Shown: positions 27,927-38,768, counted from the first letter of the stretch. The stretch: DNA of 43,081 bases from Alphaproteobacteria bacterium (GCA_013316395.1 WSMU01000003.1:1-43081); one strand, 5' to 3'. Numbers and translations: made by a program. Notes: generated by a model not told the origin, from the letters alone.

Positions 27927-28000
27927 TAAAATAAACCGTTCTGGCAGAGAATCCGGGGGAACTGGACGTTAGTGTCAGAACAAAACAAAGGTAAGACAAA

Positions 28001-28834
28001 ATGGCATTAAAGCATTATAAGCCGAATACGCCGGGTATGCGTGGCCTGACACAGGTTGATCGCAGCGAACTGCATCGCGGCAGCCCGGAAAAATCGCTGA
28101 CCGTTGGTTTGAAGTCCAAGGGTGGTCGTAATAACTTCGGCCATGTTACCGTCATGCATCAGGGCGGCGGTCACAAGCGTAAATATCGTTTGATTGATTT
28201 TAATCGTAAAAAGACAGGAATTCCGGCGACGGTTGTTCGTTTGGAATATGACCCGAACCGTACTGCGTTTATCGCATTGATTGAATATACGGACGGTGTT
28301 CGTTCCTATATCTTGGCGCCGCGTGATTTGAAGGCGGGCGATACTGTTATTTCCGGCCAGCGCGAAGATATCAAGCCGGGTAATGCAATGCCTTTGAAGA
28401 ATATGCCGATTGGTACAATCGTGCACAACGTCGAACTGAAACCGGGTGCCGGCGGCCAGCTGGCGCGCAGTGCCGGTTGCTATGCCCAGTTGATGGGTAA
28501 AGACGGCGTATACGCTCAGATTAAGATGAACAGCGGCGAACTGCGCAAGGTTCATTCTGACTGTCTGGCGACAGTGGGCAGCGTTTCTAATCCGGACCAG
28601 CGTAATGTAAACCTGGGTAAGGCTGGTCGCGCACGCTGGTTGGGTATTCGTCCGTCCGTACGCGGTATGGCGATGAACCCGAACGATCACCCGATGGGTG
28701 GTGGTAACGGTCACTCGAAGGGTCACGAACCTGTATCTCGTACAGGTATTCCGGCCAAGGGTTACCGCACTCGTAGCAACAAGCGCACTGCTAAGATGAT
28801 TATCCGCAGCAGACATTTGGCAAAGAAGAAATAA
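28001..28834 (+). CDS. rplB: 50S ribosomal protein L2
   Basis: EYDPNRTA and MNP.DHP.GGG motifs. Confidence 0.99.
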   Translation: MALKHYKPNTPGMRGLTQVDRSELHRGSPEKSLTVGLKSKGGRNNFGHVTVMHQGGGHKRKYRLIDFNRKKTGIPATVVRLEYDPNRTAFIALIEYTDGVRSYILAPRDLKAGDTVISGQREDIKPGNAMPLKNMPIGTIVHNVELKPGAGGQLARSAGCYAQLMGKDGVYAQIKMNSGELRKVHSDCLATVGSVSNPDQRNVNLGKAGRARWLGIRPSVRGMAMNPNDHPMGGGNGHSKGHEPVSRTGIPAKGYRTRSNKRTAKMIIRSRHLAKKK

Positions 28835-28888
28835 TAAATAGGTCGGCCATCTATATGGTGGCCGACAAAAGAAAAAACGGAGTTATTA

Positions 28889-29173
28889 ATGTCTCGTTCA
28901 GTTTGGAAAGGTCCGTATGTTCATCCCTCTGTCTTGAAAAAGACGGCCGCGGCGATTGAAAAAGACGACCACAAGCCGATTAAAACTTGGTCCCGTGGCA
29001 GCACAATTGTGCCGCCGATGGTTGGACTGACCTTTGAAGTTCACAACGGTAACAAATTTATCCCGGTATCTATCGTAGAAGATATGATTGGGCACAAGTT
29101 GGGTGAATTCGCGCCGACACGTACATTTAAGGGGCATGCCGCTAATAAAAAGGCAGCGGCCGGCAAGAAATAA
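28889..29173 (+). CDS. rpsS: 30S ribosomal protein S19
   Basis: [13 protein letters not shown] motif. Confidence 0.99.
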   Translation: MSRSVWKGPYVHPSVLKKTAAAIEKDDHKPIKTWSRGSTIVPPMVGLTFEVHNGNKFIPVSIVEDMIGHKLGEFAPTRTFKGHAANKKAAAGKK

Positions 29174-29185
29174 AGGTAAGTAGTT

Positions 29186-29590
29186 ATGACAACGACAAGA
29201 TATGGAATTAAAGAGAATCAGGTTCGCGCCTTTAACAAAATGATTCGCGTCAGCCACCAGAAATTGAACTTGGTGTGCGATATGGTTCGCGGTTTGCCGG
29301 TTGAGCGTGCAGTTGATGTCTTGAAGTTTTCGAAAAAGCGCGTTGCGGGTGAAGTTTTGAAAACTTTGCTGTCTGCGGTCGCTAATGCAGAACACAACAA
29401 AAATCTGCCGGTTGACAGCTTGTTCATCAAAGAAATTTGGTGTGGCAAAGCGCTGACGATGAAGCGTATTATGCCCGGACCGCGCGGTAGTGCACGTCCG
29501 ATTTTGAAGCCGTTCTCGAATCTGACAATTGTTTTGGAATCGGGTGTCGCGCCGACAAGCAAGGCAAAAAAAGAAGAAAAAGCAAAATAA
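29186..29590 (+). CDS. rplV: 50S ribosomal protein L22
   Basis: SAVANAEHN motif; position. Confidence 0.97.
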   Translation: MTTTRYGIKENQVRAFNKMIRVSHQKLNLVCDMVRGLPVERAVDVLKFSKKRVAGEVLKTLLSAVANAEHNKNLPVDSLFIKEIWCGKALTMKRIMPGPRGSARPILKPFSNLTIVLESGVAPTSKAKKEEKAK

Positions 29591-29680
29591 TAAAAGCCAG
29601 GGCCAGTGGTATGGAGCAATCCTGAATAAAACCTATATGGTTTCAAGAACACGGTGCCCTTAATATAAGGAAAAAAGAAA

Positions 29681-30382
29681 ATGGGACAGAAAGTATCGCC
29701 AATTTCACAGCGTCTGGGTATTAACAAGATTACAGACTCTCGCTGGATTGCGGGTAAAAAAGATTACGCCGCATTGGTTGCTGAGGATATCAAAATCCGC
29801 AAATTTATTGAAAAGAAACTGAAGAAAGCCGGACTGGCAAAGGTTGTTGTTGAACGCTTTGCAAAGAAAGTAGTGGTAACAATCCACACATCTCGTCCTG
29901 GTATGATTATCGGCAAAAACGGTGCGGATATCGAAGCACTGCGTAACGATATCAAGAAATTGGTTAAAAATGATCAGGTTGTCGTTAACATTTATGAAGT
30001 TCGTCGTCCTGATTTGAATGCCCAGTTGGTAGCGCAGAACATGGCTCAGCAGATTGAAGGCCGTGTATCGCCGAAGCGCGCCATGAAGAAAGCTGTTCAG
30101 AATGCTCAGAAAGCGGGTGCCCAGGGTATCAAGGTTATGTGCTCTGGCCGACTGAATGGTGCGGAAATCGCGCGTAGCGAACAAATCCGCGAAGGACGCA
30201 TTCCGCTGCATACATTGCGTGCGGATATTGACTATGCGTCTATCCAGGCGAAAACTACATACGGTGTTATCGGTGTAAAAGTTTGGATTTACACAGGTGA
30301 TGTTGTAAACAAGGAAAAGCTGGCATCTGAAATGGCGAGACCCGCCGAATACGCCGGCAGCAGCGAAAGAAAAAGCAAATAA
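29681..30382 (+). CDS. rpsC: 30S ribosomal protein S3
   Basis: MGQKV.P, RPG..IG and PLHTLRADIDY motifs. Confidence 0.99.
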   Translation: MGQKVSPISQRLGINKITDSRWIAGKKDYAALVAEDIKIRKFIEKKLKKAGLAKVVVERFAKKVVVTIHTSRPGMIIGKNGADIEALRNDIKKLVKNDQVVVNIYEVRRPDLNAQLVAQNMAQQIEGRVSPKRAMKKAVQNAQKAGAQGIKVMCSGRLNGAEIARSEQIREGRIPLHTLRADIDYASIQAKTTYGVIGVKVWIYTGDVVNKEKLASEMARPAEYAGSSERKSK

Positions 30383-30450
30383 ATTTTTGTCGGCCCCTAT
30401 ATGGGGCCGGGGAAACAAAAATTGTAAAAAGTAATAAAAGGTAGTTAATT

Positions 30451-30864
30451 ATGTTGATGCCAACAAAAACAAAATTTCGCAAACAGCACAAGGGCCGCAT
30501 CCATGGTGCGACCAAAGGTGGCAGCGAATTGGCATTTGGTTCTTTTGGACTGAAGGCCATGACTCCGGAACGTGTTACGGCACGCCAGATTGAAGCGGCA
30601 CGTCGCGCAATCACACGTCATATGAAGCGTATGGGTAAACTGTGGATTCGCATTTTCCCGGATGTTCCGGTAACTAAGAAACCTGCCGAAGTTCGTATGG
30701 GTAAAGGTAAAGGTGCGGTTGAATACTGGATTTGCCGTGTAAAACCGGGCCGCATTATGTTCGAATTGGACGGTGTAAAGCCGGAAGTAGCATACGAAGC
30801 GTTCGCATTGGCCGCTGCAAAATTGCCGGTTAAGACAAAGATTGTTGAACGTAAAGTTAACTAA
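30451..30864 (+). CDS. rplP: 50S ribosomal protein L16
   Basis: [12 protein letters not shown] motif. Confidence 0.99.
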   Translation: MLMPTKTKFRKQHKGRIHGATKGGSELAFGSFGLKAMTPERVTARQIEAARRAITRHMKRMGKLWIRIFPDVPVTKKPAEVRMGKGKGAVEYWICRVKPGRIMFELDGVKPEVAYEAFALAAAKLPVKTKIVERKVN

Positions 30865-30920
30865 TAAAAAGGTTGCATGTGGCACAATATGGTGCCAAGA
30901 TGCAAAAAAAGGTAGCTAAA

Positions 30921-31115
30921 ATGGCAGACAAGAAAGTTGAAAAAGAATCTTTGACGGTGGAAGCTTTGCAGAGCAAACTGGTTGATTTGAGCAAAGAGCA
31001 GATGAACCAGCGTTTCCAGCATGTCGCGGGTCAATTACCGAAAACACACGTTATTCGTCAGACTCGTCGTGAAATTGCACGCGTCAAAACAAAGCTGAAT
31101 GCAGCAAAAAAATAA
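30921..31115 (+). CDS. rpmC: 50S ribosomal protein L29
   Basis: RFQ..GQL..TH.IRQ.RREIARVKT; ATG 30921 with AGGT RBS. Confidence 0.95.
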   Translation: MADKKVEKESLTVEALQSKLVDLSKEQMNQRFQHVAGQLPKTHVIRQTRREIARVKTKLNAAKK

Positions 31116-31259
31116 AAAAAATTGCCGATTTTTGTTGAGATTTCTAAATTTTTAGATATCATATGCCGAAATTGGTTTAAAAAACAAGCAACTTAACCGT
31201 CGTGTCTGGCGCTGTGTGCGCCGGAAACTGGGGGTTAAAATAGGTAAGGGACATAAGTT

Positions 31260-31526
31260 ATGCCAAGACGTATACTGCAGGGAACAGTTAAAAGTACAGC
31301 AAACGACAAAACAGTTGTCGTTGAAGTGGAACGTCGTTTCCGTCATCCGCTGTATGGTAAGTTCGTAAAGCAGAACAAAAAGTACAAGGCGCACGATGAA
31401 AACAATGAATTCAAAGTTGGTGACATTGTTGCGATAGAGGAACATCGTCCGATTTCCAAGACAAAATCTTGGGTCGTAAAGGGACGCGTAGGCGTTTCCA
31501 AAAACGACGAGGTCGAGGTAGCCTAA
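31260..31526 (+). CDS. rpsQ: 30S ribosomal protein S17
   Basis: HPLYGK, AHDE.N and RPISKTK.W motifs. Confidence 0.99.
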   Translation: MPRRILQGTVKSTANDKTVVVEVERRFRHPLYGKFVKQNKKYKAHDENNEFKVGDIVAIEEHRPISKTKSWVVKGRVGVSKNDEVEVA

Positions 31527-31637
31527 GCTCACTGGGGTTCTTTGAGGTTCGGCGTTTGGGATTGGAACGCTGTGACAGTCGGAGCCCGTAACAAAGCGAC
31601 GGGGGATTGCCCCGTTCGCAGGATATAGGGTAAAAAA

Positions 31638-32012
31638 ATGATTCAGAATGAAACAGTTATGACAGTTGCTGATAACTCTGGTGCGCGTAAAGCAATGTGC
31701 ATCAAGGTTTTGGGCGGTTCTCATCGCCGTTATGCAACAGTTGGCGACAAAATTGTTGTCGCAATCAAGGAAGCGATTCCCCGTGGTAAGGTTCAAAAGG
31801 GTACGGTTCAGCGTGCGATTATCGTTCGTACCAAATTCCCGGTAAAACGTCCGGATGGCTCTATCATCCGCTTTGACGACAATGCGGTTGTTTTGATAAA
31901 CAAGAACAACTTTGAACCGATTGGTACACGTATTTTCGGGCCGATTGCCCGTGAAGTACGTCGCAAGTATGACGTTCAAAAGATTGTCTCCTTGGCGCCA
32001 GAAGTTATATAA
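31638..32012 (+). CDS. rplN: 50S ribosomal protein L14
   Basis: VADNSGA, FDDNA.V and SLAPEV motifs. Confidence 0.99.
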   Translation: MIQNETVMTVADNSGARKAMCIKVLGGSHRRYATVGDKIVVAIKEAIPRGKVQKGTVQRAIIVRTKFPVKRPDGSIIRFDDNAVVLINKNNFEPIGTRIFGPIAREVRRKYDVQKIVSLAPEVI

Positions 32013-32055
32013 TATTTGGCCTATAGGTAATATCAAAAGATAAAAGGCGAGCAAA

Positions 32056-32358
32056 ATGAAAATAAAGAAAGGCGACGAAGTCGTAGTTATCTCCGGGAAG
32101 TACAAGGGCGTCAAGGGCAAGGTTCTTGAGGCACGTCCGACTGAATCCCGCGTTGTAGTTGAGGGTGTGAACCGCCGCAAATGGCATATCAAGCCCACAC
32201 AGGAACAGGCTGGTCATATTATTGACCGCGAAGCGCCGGTACATGTATCCAATGTTGCGCTGATTGACCCAAAAACCAAAAAGGCCACACGTGTGGGCTA
32301 CAAAATGGAGCAGGGCAAGAAAGTTCGCATTGCAAAGAAATCCGGAGCCCAAATATAA
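32056..32358 (+). CDS. rplX: 50S ribosomal protein L24
   Basis: KOW motif and EAP.HVSNV. Confidence 0.98.
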   Translation: MKIKKGDEVVVISGKYKGVKGKVLEARPTESRVVVEGVNRRKWHIKPTQEQAGHIIDREAPVHVSNVALIDPKTKKATRVGYKMEQGKKVRIAKKSGAQI

Positions 32359-32404
32359 AAATGTTTTCCCGCTGTTACGGGAAAGAAACTGTAAGGAATA
32401 AGAA

Positions 32405-32950
32405 ATGCAAAGCAGATTGCGTGAAATTTATGAAAAGAGCATCGTGCCTGAATTGGTAAAAGAATTCGGCTATACGAATGAACTGGCGGTGCCGAAACTG
32501 ACGAAGATTGTGCTGAACATGGGTGTCGGCGAAGCTGTTTCGGATAAAAAGAAATTGGATTCTGCGGCGGCTGATTTGACAGCTATTGCTGCGCAAAAGT
32601 CAGTTATTACACGTGCAAAGAAATCCATTGCGACATATCGCCTGCGCGAAGGTCAGCCTATTGGTACAAAGGTTACATTGCGTGGAAAAAGAATGTATGA
32701 CTTCTTGGATAAGCTGATTACGGTTGCATTGCCGCGTGTAAAGGACTTTCGTGGTTTGTCCAAGTCCAAGTTTGATGGTCGTGGTAACTATGCTTTTGGT
32801 ATCAAAGAACATCTGATTTTCCCGGAAATTTCGGTTGATAAAATCGATGCTATCCGCGGTATGGATATTGTTATTGCTACAACCGCAAAGACAGATGATG
32901 AAGCACGCGCACTGCTGACTAAGCTCGGTTTACCGTTGGTGTTGAAATAA
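32405..32950 (+). CDS. rplE: 50S ribosomal protein L5
   Basis: LPRVKDFRG and FDGRGNY motifs. Confidence 0.99.
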   Translation: MQSRLREIYEKSIVPELVKEFGYTNELAVPKLTKIVLNMGVGEAVSDKKKLDSAAADLTAIAAQKSVITRAKKSIATYRLREGQPIGTKVTLRGKRMYDFLDKLITVALPRVKDFRGLSKSKFDGRGNYAFGIKEHLIFPEISVDKIDAIRGMDIVIATTAKTDDEARALLTKLGLPLVLK

Positions 32951-32968
32951 TAAGAGTAAGGAAAAAAA

Positions 32969-33271
32969 ATGGCTAAATTAGCGTTGATAAACAAACAGAA
33001 AAGACGTGAAAAGCTGGTCGCGCAGTATGCCTCAAAGCGTGATGCGATTAAGGCCAAGATGTCCGTCAATGCCACGCCTGATGAACGCATGGAAGCGATG
33101 AAGAAGCTGGCAAAACTGCCGCGTAATGCGAATCCGACGCGTTTGCGCAATCGTTGCAGCGTCACAGGACGTTCCCGCGGTTTCAGCCGCATGTTCGGTC
33201 TGTGCCGTCAGCAGGTTCGTACAATGGCGTCCGAAGGTAAACTGCCGGGCGTACGTAAGTCGAGCTGGTAA
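32969..33271 (+). CDS. rpsN: 30S ribosomal protein S14 (long form)
   Basis: RNRC..TGR.RG and LPGVRKSSW motifs. Confidence 0.98.
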   Translation: MAKLALINKQKRREKLVAQYASKRDAIKAKMSVNATPDERMEAMKKLAKLPRNANPTRLRNRCSVTGRSRGFSRMFGLCRQQVRTMASEGKLPGVRKSSW

Positions 33272-33341
33272 AAACAACAATCGCAGCTGTGGACAATGCA
33301 GCTGTTTGAGCCGGAATTATCCGGCATAATAGGAGTAAAAG

Positions 33342-33740
33342 ATGTCATTATCACACCCGATAGGAGATATGGTGACCCGCATTCGCAACGGGCAGAATGC
33401 AGGTAAGGAAACCATAACCGTTCCGGCAAGCAATCTGCGTGCCGCGGTTTTGTCCGTACTGAAAGATGAAGGTTTCATCACTGATTTTCGCAAAGAACAG
33501 ATTGACGAACATCGTTCGAACTTGGTCGTTGAGCTGAAGTATGTCGGTGGAAACGGCGCGATTCAGGAAATTTCTATAGTGTCCAAACCGGGACGTCGCG
33601 TTTATTCCGGCAGTGCAAAAATGCCGAAAGTATTAAATGGCCTGGGTATTGCAATCGTATCAACCCCCAACGGCGTCATGACTGACCACAAGGCTCGCCT
33701 GATGAACGTAGGTGGCGAAGTATTGTGCAAGGTTATATAA
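33342..33740 (+). CDS. rpsH: 30S ribosomal protein S8
   Basis: DM.TRIRN, SKPGRRVY and GGEVLC motifs. Confidence 0.99.
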   Translation: MSLSHPIGDMVTRIRNGQNAGKETITVPASNLRAAVLSVLKDEGFITDFRKEQIDEHRSNLVVELKYVGGNGAIQEISIVSKPGRRVYSGSAKMPKVLNGLGIAIVSTPNGVMTDHKARLMNVGGEVLCKVI

Positions 33741-33759
33741 TTGAAGTGAGGAACAAGTT

Positions 33760-34311
33760 ATGTCTCGTGCAGGAAAATATCCAGTAAAAATCCAGGACGG
33801 TGTTTCTGTTGAAATGACGGAAGCGGTTCTGGTCGTAAAGGGCCCGAAGGGCGAAATCAAGCTGCCGTTGGATACAAAAAATGCAGCTTTGGTTGATATT
33901 AAAATTGAAGACGGTCATGTGACCATTACTCCTAAGGATGCAGAAGATAAAACTTCGCGTGCAATGTGGGGTACAATGGCGCGTAATGTTCGTTGCGCAA
34001 TCCAGGGTGTGTCCGCCGGCTTCCAGAAAGCTATGTATATGAAAGGTGTTGGTTACAAGGCATCGGTTAAGGGCAACGATTTGGTTTTGGTTGCGGGTTA
34101 TTCGCATGATGTTGTTATCCCGATTCCGGCTGGCTTGTCTGTTCAGATGGGCGATGCGCCGACAGAATTTACCATCAGTGGTGTTGACAAGTGCCTGGTA
34201 GGCCAGTTTGCTGACAAGGTTCACAAGGTTCGCAAGGCCGACCCATACAAGGGCAAGGGTATCTTCTATAAGGGCGAAAAAATCCGCCGCAAGGAAGGTA
34301 AAAAGAAATAA
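33760..34311 (+). CDS. rplF: 50S ribosomal protein L6
   Basis: GVGY, GYSH and PYKGKGI motifs. Confidence 0.98.
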   Translation: MSRAGKYPVKIQDGVSVEMTEAVLVVKGPKGEIKLPLDTKNAALVDIKIEDGHVTITPKDAEDKTSRAMWGTMARNVRCAIQGVSAGFQKAMYMKGVGYKASVKGNDLVLVAGYSHDVVIPIPAGLSVQMGDAPTEFTISGVDKCLVGQFADKVHKVRKADPYKGKGIFYKGEKIRRKEGKKK

Positions 34312-34358
34312 TAAGTAGTGATTCCCGCTGTTACGGGGATATGCAAAAAGGAAACAAA

Positions 34359-34715
34359 ATGTTGAAACATTTGTCTACAGAAGAAAGACGTACGCTGGCA
34401 AATCGCGGCGCGCTGAAAAGAAAGAATCCGGGCAAAATCCGTCTGTCGGTTTTCCGTTCCGGTCGTCACATTGAAATCCAGGCTATTGATGATGTTAAAG
34501 GTCACACTGTTTGCGCCGCATCGTCAAAGGAAAAAGACTTTAAGGGCCAGGGCTGGAATGTTGCCGGTGCTGAGCTGGTCGGCAAGGTATTTGCTGAACG
34601 CGCAGTAAAGGCGAATATTGCTGATAACTGTTATTTTGACCGCGGCGGCTATCGCTATCACGGTCGTGTCAAAGCCTTGTGCGAAGCTGTTCGTGCTGGT
34701 GGCGTCAGAATATAA
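34359..34715 (+). CDS. rplR: 50S ribosomal protein L18
   Basis: RLSVFRS and [12 protein letters not shown] motifs; ATG 34359 with AAGGA RBS. Confidence 0.97.
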   Translation: MLKHLSTEERRTLANRGALKRKNPGKIRLSVFRSGRHIEIQAIDDVKGHTVCAASSKEKDFKGQGWNVAGAELVGKVFAERAVKANIADNCYFDRGGYRYHGRVKALCEAVRAGGVRI

Positions 34716-34739
34716 TTGTAATATACGGAGTACATAAAA

Positions 34740-35294
34740 ATGGCACGTTTTGATGATAAAAAATTGCAGACGGATAATTTGGTAGACAAGTTGGTTTCTA
34801 TCAATCGCGTCTCGAAAACAGTTAAGGGCGGCCGCAACATGTCTTTCTCGGCATTGGTTGTGGTTGGTGACAAAGCCGGTCGCGTAGGTTTTGGTAAGGG
34901 CAAGGCGCTGGAAGTGCAGTCTGCTGTTCAGAAAGCGACTAAGGCCGCAAAGGCAAAAATGATTCGTGTTCCTTTGAAAGAAGGTCGTACACTGCATCAC
35001 GATAGCGCGGCGAAATATGGCGCCAGCAAGCTGGTTGTACGCAGCGCGGTTCCCGGTACCGGTATTATTGCGGGTGGTGCCTTGCGTGCGGTATTTGAAT
35101 GCTTGGGCGTTCAGGACGTTGTTGTGAAATCCCAGGGCTCTAACAACCCCAACAACATGATTCGCGCAGCTTTCATGGCATTTGCAAAAATGAATTCGCC
35201 GAAGACGGTTGCGGCACGCCGCGGCAAGTCTGTTGCGGAAATTATCGCAGGCCGTGACGGTAAAAAGCTGGAAGAAGCTGGCGAAGATAAATAA
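34740..35294 (+). CDS. rpsE: 30S ribosomal protein S5
   Basis: [10 protein letters not shown] and PGTGIIAGG motifs. Confidence 0.99.
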   Translation: MARFDDKKLQTDNLVDKLVSINRVSKTVKGGRNMSFSALVVVGDKAGRVGFGKGKALEVQSAVQKATKAAKAKMIRVPLKEGRTLHHDSAAKYGASKLVVRSAVPGTGIIAGGALRAVFECLGVQDVVVKSQGSNNPNNMIRAAFMAFAKMNSPKTVAARRGKSVAEIIAGRDGKKLEEAGEDK

Positions 35295-35332
35295 CGCTTT
35301 GCGTGATTTAAAGAAAACGGAGTACTTTAGTT

Positions 35333-35512
35333 ATGTCTAAAATAGTTGTAAAGCAGGTAAAGAGCCTTATCGGTCGTCCGGAATCTCAGCGCAAGGTTAT
35401 TGCATCTTTGGGATTGGGCCGCATCGGCAAGACAAAAGAGCTGAACGATACGCCGGTTGTGCGTGGCATGATTGCCAAAGTTGCACACTTGGTTGAAGTT
35501 GTTGAGCAGTAA
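35333..35512 (+). CDS. rpmD: 50S ribosomal protein L30 (59 aa, absent from the supplied ORF track)
   Basis: Hand translation MSKIVVKQVKSLIGRPESQRKVIASLGLGRIGKTKELNDTPVVRGMIAKVAHLVEVVEQ; expected position after rpsE. Confidence 0.97.
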   Translation: MSKIVVKQVKSLIGRPESQRKVIASLGLGRIGKTKELNDTPVVRGMIAKVAHLVEVVEQ

Positions 35513-35594
35513 ATATAAAAAACCGAGTAGGGCGACACTTGTCGCCTTGCGAAAAAAGACTATATTGGTAGTCGTAGGATAAAAGGATAATAAA

Positions 35595-36053
35595 ATGAAA
35601 CTGAATGCACTGATGGATAATTATGGCGCGCGTGCGGATGCAAAGCGTGTAGGGCGTGGTATCGGCAGCGGTATGGGTAAGACAGCCGGTCGCGGTCACA
35701 AGGGTCAAAAGGCGCGCAGCGGTTCCCGCAAGCAGGCGACATTCCAGGGTGGACAGATGCCGATTTTGCGTCGTTTCCCGAAATTTGGATTTAACAATCC
35801 GTTTGCGAAGGAATATGTAACAATCAACCTGGGCGATATTGAAAAATTCATCGCGTCTGGTAAGATTGATGCCAAGGCACCGATTACTATTGATTCCCTG
35901 TTGGCGGCCAAAGTTATCAACCGCAAAATGTCTGGCTTGAAAGTTTTGGCGAAGGGTGAAATCAAATCTAAGGTTGAAATTGTTGCGGCCAAATGGTCCA
36001 AATCAGCCGAGGAAGCGATTGTAAAAGCCGGCGGTTCTATTAAGGCTGAATAA
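35595..36053 (+). CDS. rplO: 50S ribosomal protein L15
   Basis: RVGRGIGSG.GKT.GRGHKGQ motif. Confidence 0.99.
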   Translation: MKLNALMDNYGARADAKRVGRGIGSGMGKTAGRGHKGQKARSGSRKQATFQGGQMPILRRFPKFGFNNPFAKEYVTINLGDIEKFIASGKIDAKAPITIDSLLAAKVINRKMSGLKVLAKGEIKSKVEIVAAKWSKSAEEAIVKAGGSIKAE

Positions 36054-36055
36054 TA

Positions 36056-36355
36056 ATGATATCTCCCAAGCGTTACGCGCAGCACGTTAAGGATAATATG
36101 ACTGCTTCTTTCTCGAATGAGATTGCAGATGTTGTTATGGCGCGTGCTGGTTGTCAGCCGGATGTGTTCGCGCGTATCGTTGGGGAAATTCCGCGTTGTA
36201 TCCCGGCGAAATATCATAAGATACTGAGTGAGATTTTAATCACTGCCTGTTTTAGTAAGTTATGCAAAAAAGCAACTTACTCAATTCCATTGAGTGAAAA
36301 GCATAAAGTACTACAGCGTGCGCTGTTATACGCGGGAAATGTAAGAGAGAGTTAA
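36056..36355 (+). CDS. Hypothetical protein between rplO and secY
   Basis: 99-aa ORF exactly filling the gap (2 nt after rplO, 4 nt before secY); no family recognised. Confidence 0.6.
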   Translation: MISPKRYAQHVKDNMTASFSNEIADVVMARAGCQPDVFARIVGEIPRCIPAKYHKILSEILITACFSKLCKKATYSIPLSEKHKVLQRALLYAGNVRES

Positions 36356-36359
36356 GCCG

Positions 36360-37679
36360 ATGAAATTTTTGAAAAACTTTTTTGGAAATCTGACAGATTT
36401 GCAAAAGCGTATTTTGTTCACACTGGGGGCGTTGATTGTTTATCGCGTGGGGTCTTTTATCCCGTTGCCGGGTGTAAATGCGTCGGCTGTTTTGCATTTA
36501 TTTAGCGGCGAAGGCAGCGGTATGATGGGCATGTTCGACATGTTTTCCGGTGGTTCGTTGTCGCGTATGTCGGTATTAGCGCTTAATATTTTCCCATATA
36601 TTTCCGCATCGATTGTTTTGCAGTTGTTAACAGCGACTAGCAAATCGTTAAATGAATTGCGCAAAGAGGGTGAGTCCGGCCGTATTAAAATCAATCAATA
36701 TACGCGCTATCTGGCGGTAGTCCTGGCCGTCGTTCAGGGTTGGGCCGTGGTGCGTGGTCTGGAGGCGATGGCACCTGTAAATGGCGTTGCTGCGGTTGTT
36801 AATCCGGGTTTTGCGTTTGAGCTGTCTGCAATTATCGCCCTGGTTGGGGGAACGGTATTTGTTATGTGGCTGGCGGAGCAGATTACTGCACGTGGTATAG
36901 GGCAGGGGGCTTCGTTACTGATTTTTGCTGGTATTATCGCAGAAGTGCCGGGTGGAATCGCAAAAGTATTTTCTTTGGGTTCCGTCGGTCAGATGTCGCC
37001 GGCGATGATTGCATTGGTTGTTGGATTTGTAGTCGGTATTGTTGCGCTGATTGCGTTCTTTGAACAGGCACAGCGTCGTATCCAGATTTTATATCCGCGC
37101 CAAGTTATGGCAAACGGTGTTACAAATACAAACGCCTCTTATCTGCCGATAAAGGTTAATATGTCGGGGGTTATGGGACCGGTATTCGCAGCCAGTATAA
37201 TGATGCTGCCGGCGTTTGTTCAGCGCTTTGTTCAGAGCGAGAATCTGCTGGTTCAAAATATTATGGGATTCTTTACGTATGGCGCATGGTCTTATATAAT
37301 CATGTATACGATATTGATTGCGTTCTTTGCGTATTTCCAAACGGCGGTTATCTTTAATTCTGAAGAGACAAGCAACAATTTGAAAAACGCAGGTGGCTAT
37401 ATCCCCGGTGTTCGTCCCGGCGAACAGACCATTCATTATCTGGATGCGGTTGTATCCCGTACAACGGCAATCGGCGTAATGTATTTGATTGTTGTTTGCG
37501 TTGTTCCGATTATTCTGAACACTCATTTTGGAATGCCGCTGGCGATTGGTGGGACAAGTGTTCTGATTGTGGCGGGTGTTGTACTTGACACTATGAACCA
37601 GGTTCAGTCTTATCTGGTCGCAAAGCAATATGGTGGTGTTATTAAAAAGGCACAAAAGAAAGGACGTTTCCGCGGATAA
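36360..37679 (+). CDS. secY: Preprotein translocase SecY
   Basis: PYISASI, W..EQIT.RGIG.G.S, IPGVRPG and GGTS.LI motifs; multiple TM helices. Confidence 0.99.
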   Translation: MKFLKNFFGNLTDLQKRILFTLGALIVYRVGSFIPLPGVNASAVLHLFSGEGSGMMGMFDMFSGGSLSRMSVLALNIFPYISASIVLQLLTATSKSLNELRKEGESGRIKINQYTRYLAVVLAVVQGWAVVRGLEAMAPVNGVAAVVNPGFAFELSAIIALVGGTVFVMWLAEQITARGIGQGASLLIFAGIIAEVPGGIAKVFSLGSVGQMSPAMIALVVGFVVGIVALIAFFEQAQRRIQILYPRQVMANGVTNTNASYLPIKVNMSGVMGPVFAASIMMLPAFVQRFVQSENLLVQNIMGFFTYGAWSYIIMYTILIAFFAYFQTAVIFNSEETSNNLKNAGGYIPGVRPGEQTIHYLDAVVSRTTAIGVMYLIVVCVVPIILNTHFGMPLAIGGTSVLIVAGVVLDTMNQVQSYLVAKQYGGVIKKAQKKGRFRG

Positions 37680-37707
37680 GCAAATAAAGCGGATGCGTAA
37701 ACAAGAT

Positions 37708-37735
37708 TTGACTTTTGCTGAATTTTGTATAAAAT
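37708..37735 (+). promoter_or_regulatory. Sigma70 promoter of rpsM-rpsK
   Basis: TTGACT-16 nt-TAAAAT. Confidence 0.5.
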
Positions 37736-37843
37736 GATTTGGCAAAATAAAATACCCGAAAGATTTATAATATAATTTTTCGGCGTTTATACCCAGGGCG
37801 GGATGACCGAATCCTGGCAGTAAAATAAAAAGGAAAACAAAAG

Positions 37844-38221
37844 ATGGCACGTATAGCAGGTGTGAACATTCCGACAGAAAAGCGTATTGAGGTTGCGCTG
37901 CAATACATTCATGGTATTGGCCCGGCCAAAGCGGCGCAGATTTGCGAAGCCCTGAAATTGAAAGAAGGACTGCGCGCAAAAGATTTGACTGACGAGGATG
38001 TTGTTAAAATTTCGAACTATATCGAACAGAACTTTAAGGTAGAAGGTGATATTCGTCGCGAAGTTGCGATGAACATCAAACGTTTGCAGGACTTGAAGGC
38101 ATATCGTGGTATTCGTCACCGTAACCGTTTACCGGTTCGCGGTCAGCGTACACAGACCAATGCACGTACTCGTAAGGGTAAGCGCGTAGTGGTCGCCGGT
38201 TCCGCAACCAAGGGTAAGTAA
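37844..38221 (+). CDS. rpsM: 30S ribosomal protein S13
   Basis: MARIAG and [16 protein letters not shown] motifs. Confidence 0.99.
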   Translation: MARIAGVNIPTEKRIEVALQYIHGIGPAKAAQICEALKLKEGLRAKDLTDEDVVKISNYIEQNFKVEGDIRREVAMNIKRLQDLKAYRGIRHRNRLPVRGQRTQTNARTRKGKRVVVAGSATKGK

Positions 38222-38384
38222 AATTTAATCTAATGCCGCGTCTGTTTGATGTTGGCGCGCTGGTGTCGCTTGTTGTACACTTCGCTTACCAACATCGGGG
38301 TATTCAAAGCATTATCTTAAATTTTGAAATAAGGTAGAGATTAACACGACAGTTAATTGAAGACATCTAAAAAGGTAAAAAATA

Positions 38385-38768
38385 ATGGCAGTAGCAAAAA
38401 CAAAAAAGAAAGTTGTTAAGAAAGTATCGCATGGCATTGCGCATGTTGTTGCGACAAATAACAACACTCGTATCACAATCACAGACCAGTCCGGCGCCGT
38501 TTTGACATGGGCGACGGCCGGTGCGAATAACTTTAAGGGCGCCAAAAAGTCCACGCCGTATGCGGCGACGGTTGTTGCGGACGCTGTTGGCAAAAAAGTT
38601 GCCGAAATGGGTATGAAAACAGTTGACGTTCTGATGCGTGGTATCGGCCAGGGACGTGAATCCGCCGTGCGCGGTTTGGCAAACGCCGGTCTGATTGTGC
38701 AGAGCATTACGGATACAACACGTATTCCGCACAATGGCTGCCGTCCTAAAAAGGTTCGCCGCGTGTAA
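38385..38768 (+). CDS. rpsK: 30S ribosomal protein S11
   Basis: NNT.ITITD, KSTPYAA and PHNGCRP motifs. Confidence 0.99.
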   Translation: MAVAKTKKKVVKKVSHGIAHVVATNNNTRITITDQSGAVLTWATAGANNFKGAKKSTPYAATVVADAVGKKVAEMGMKTVDVLMRGIGQGRESAVRGLANAGLIVQSITDTTRIPHNGCRPKKVRRV

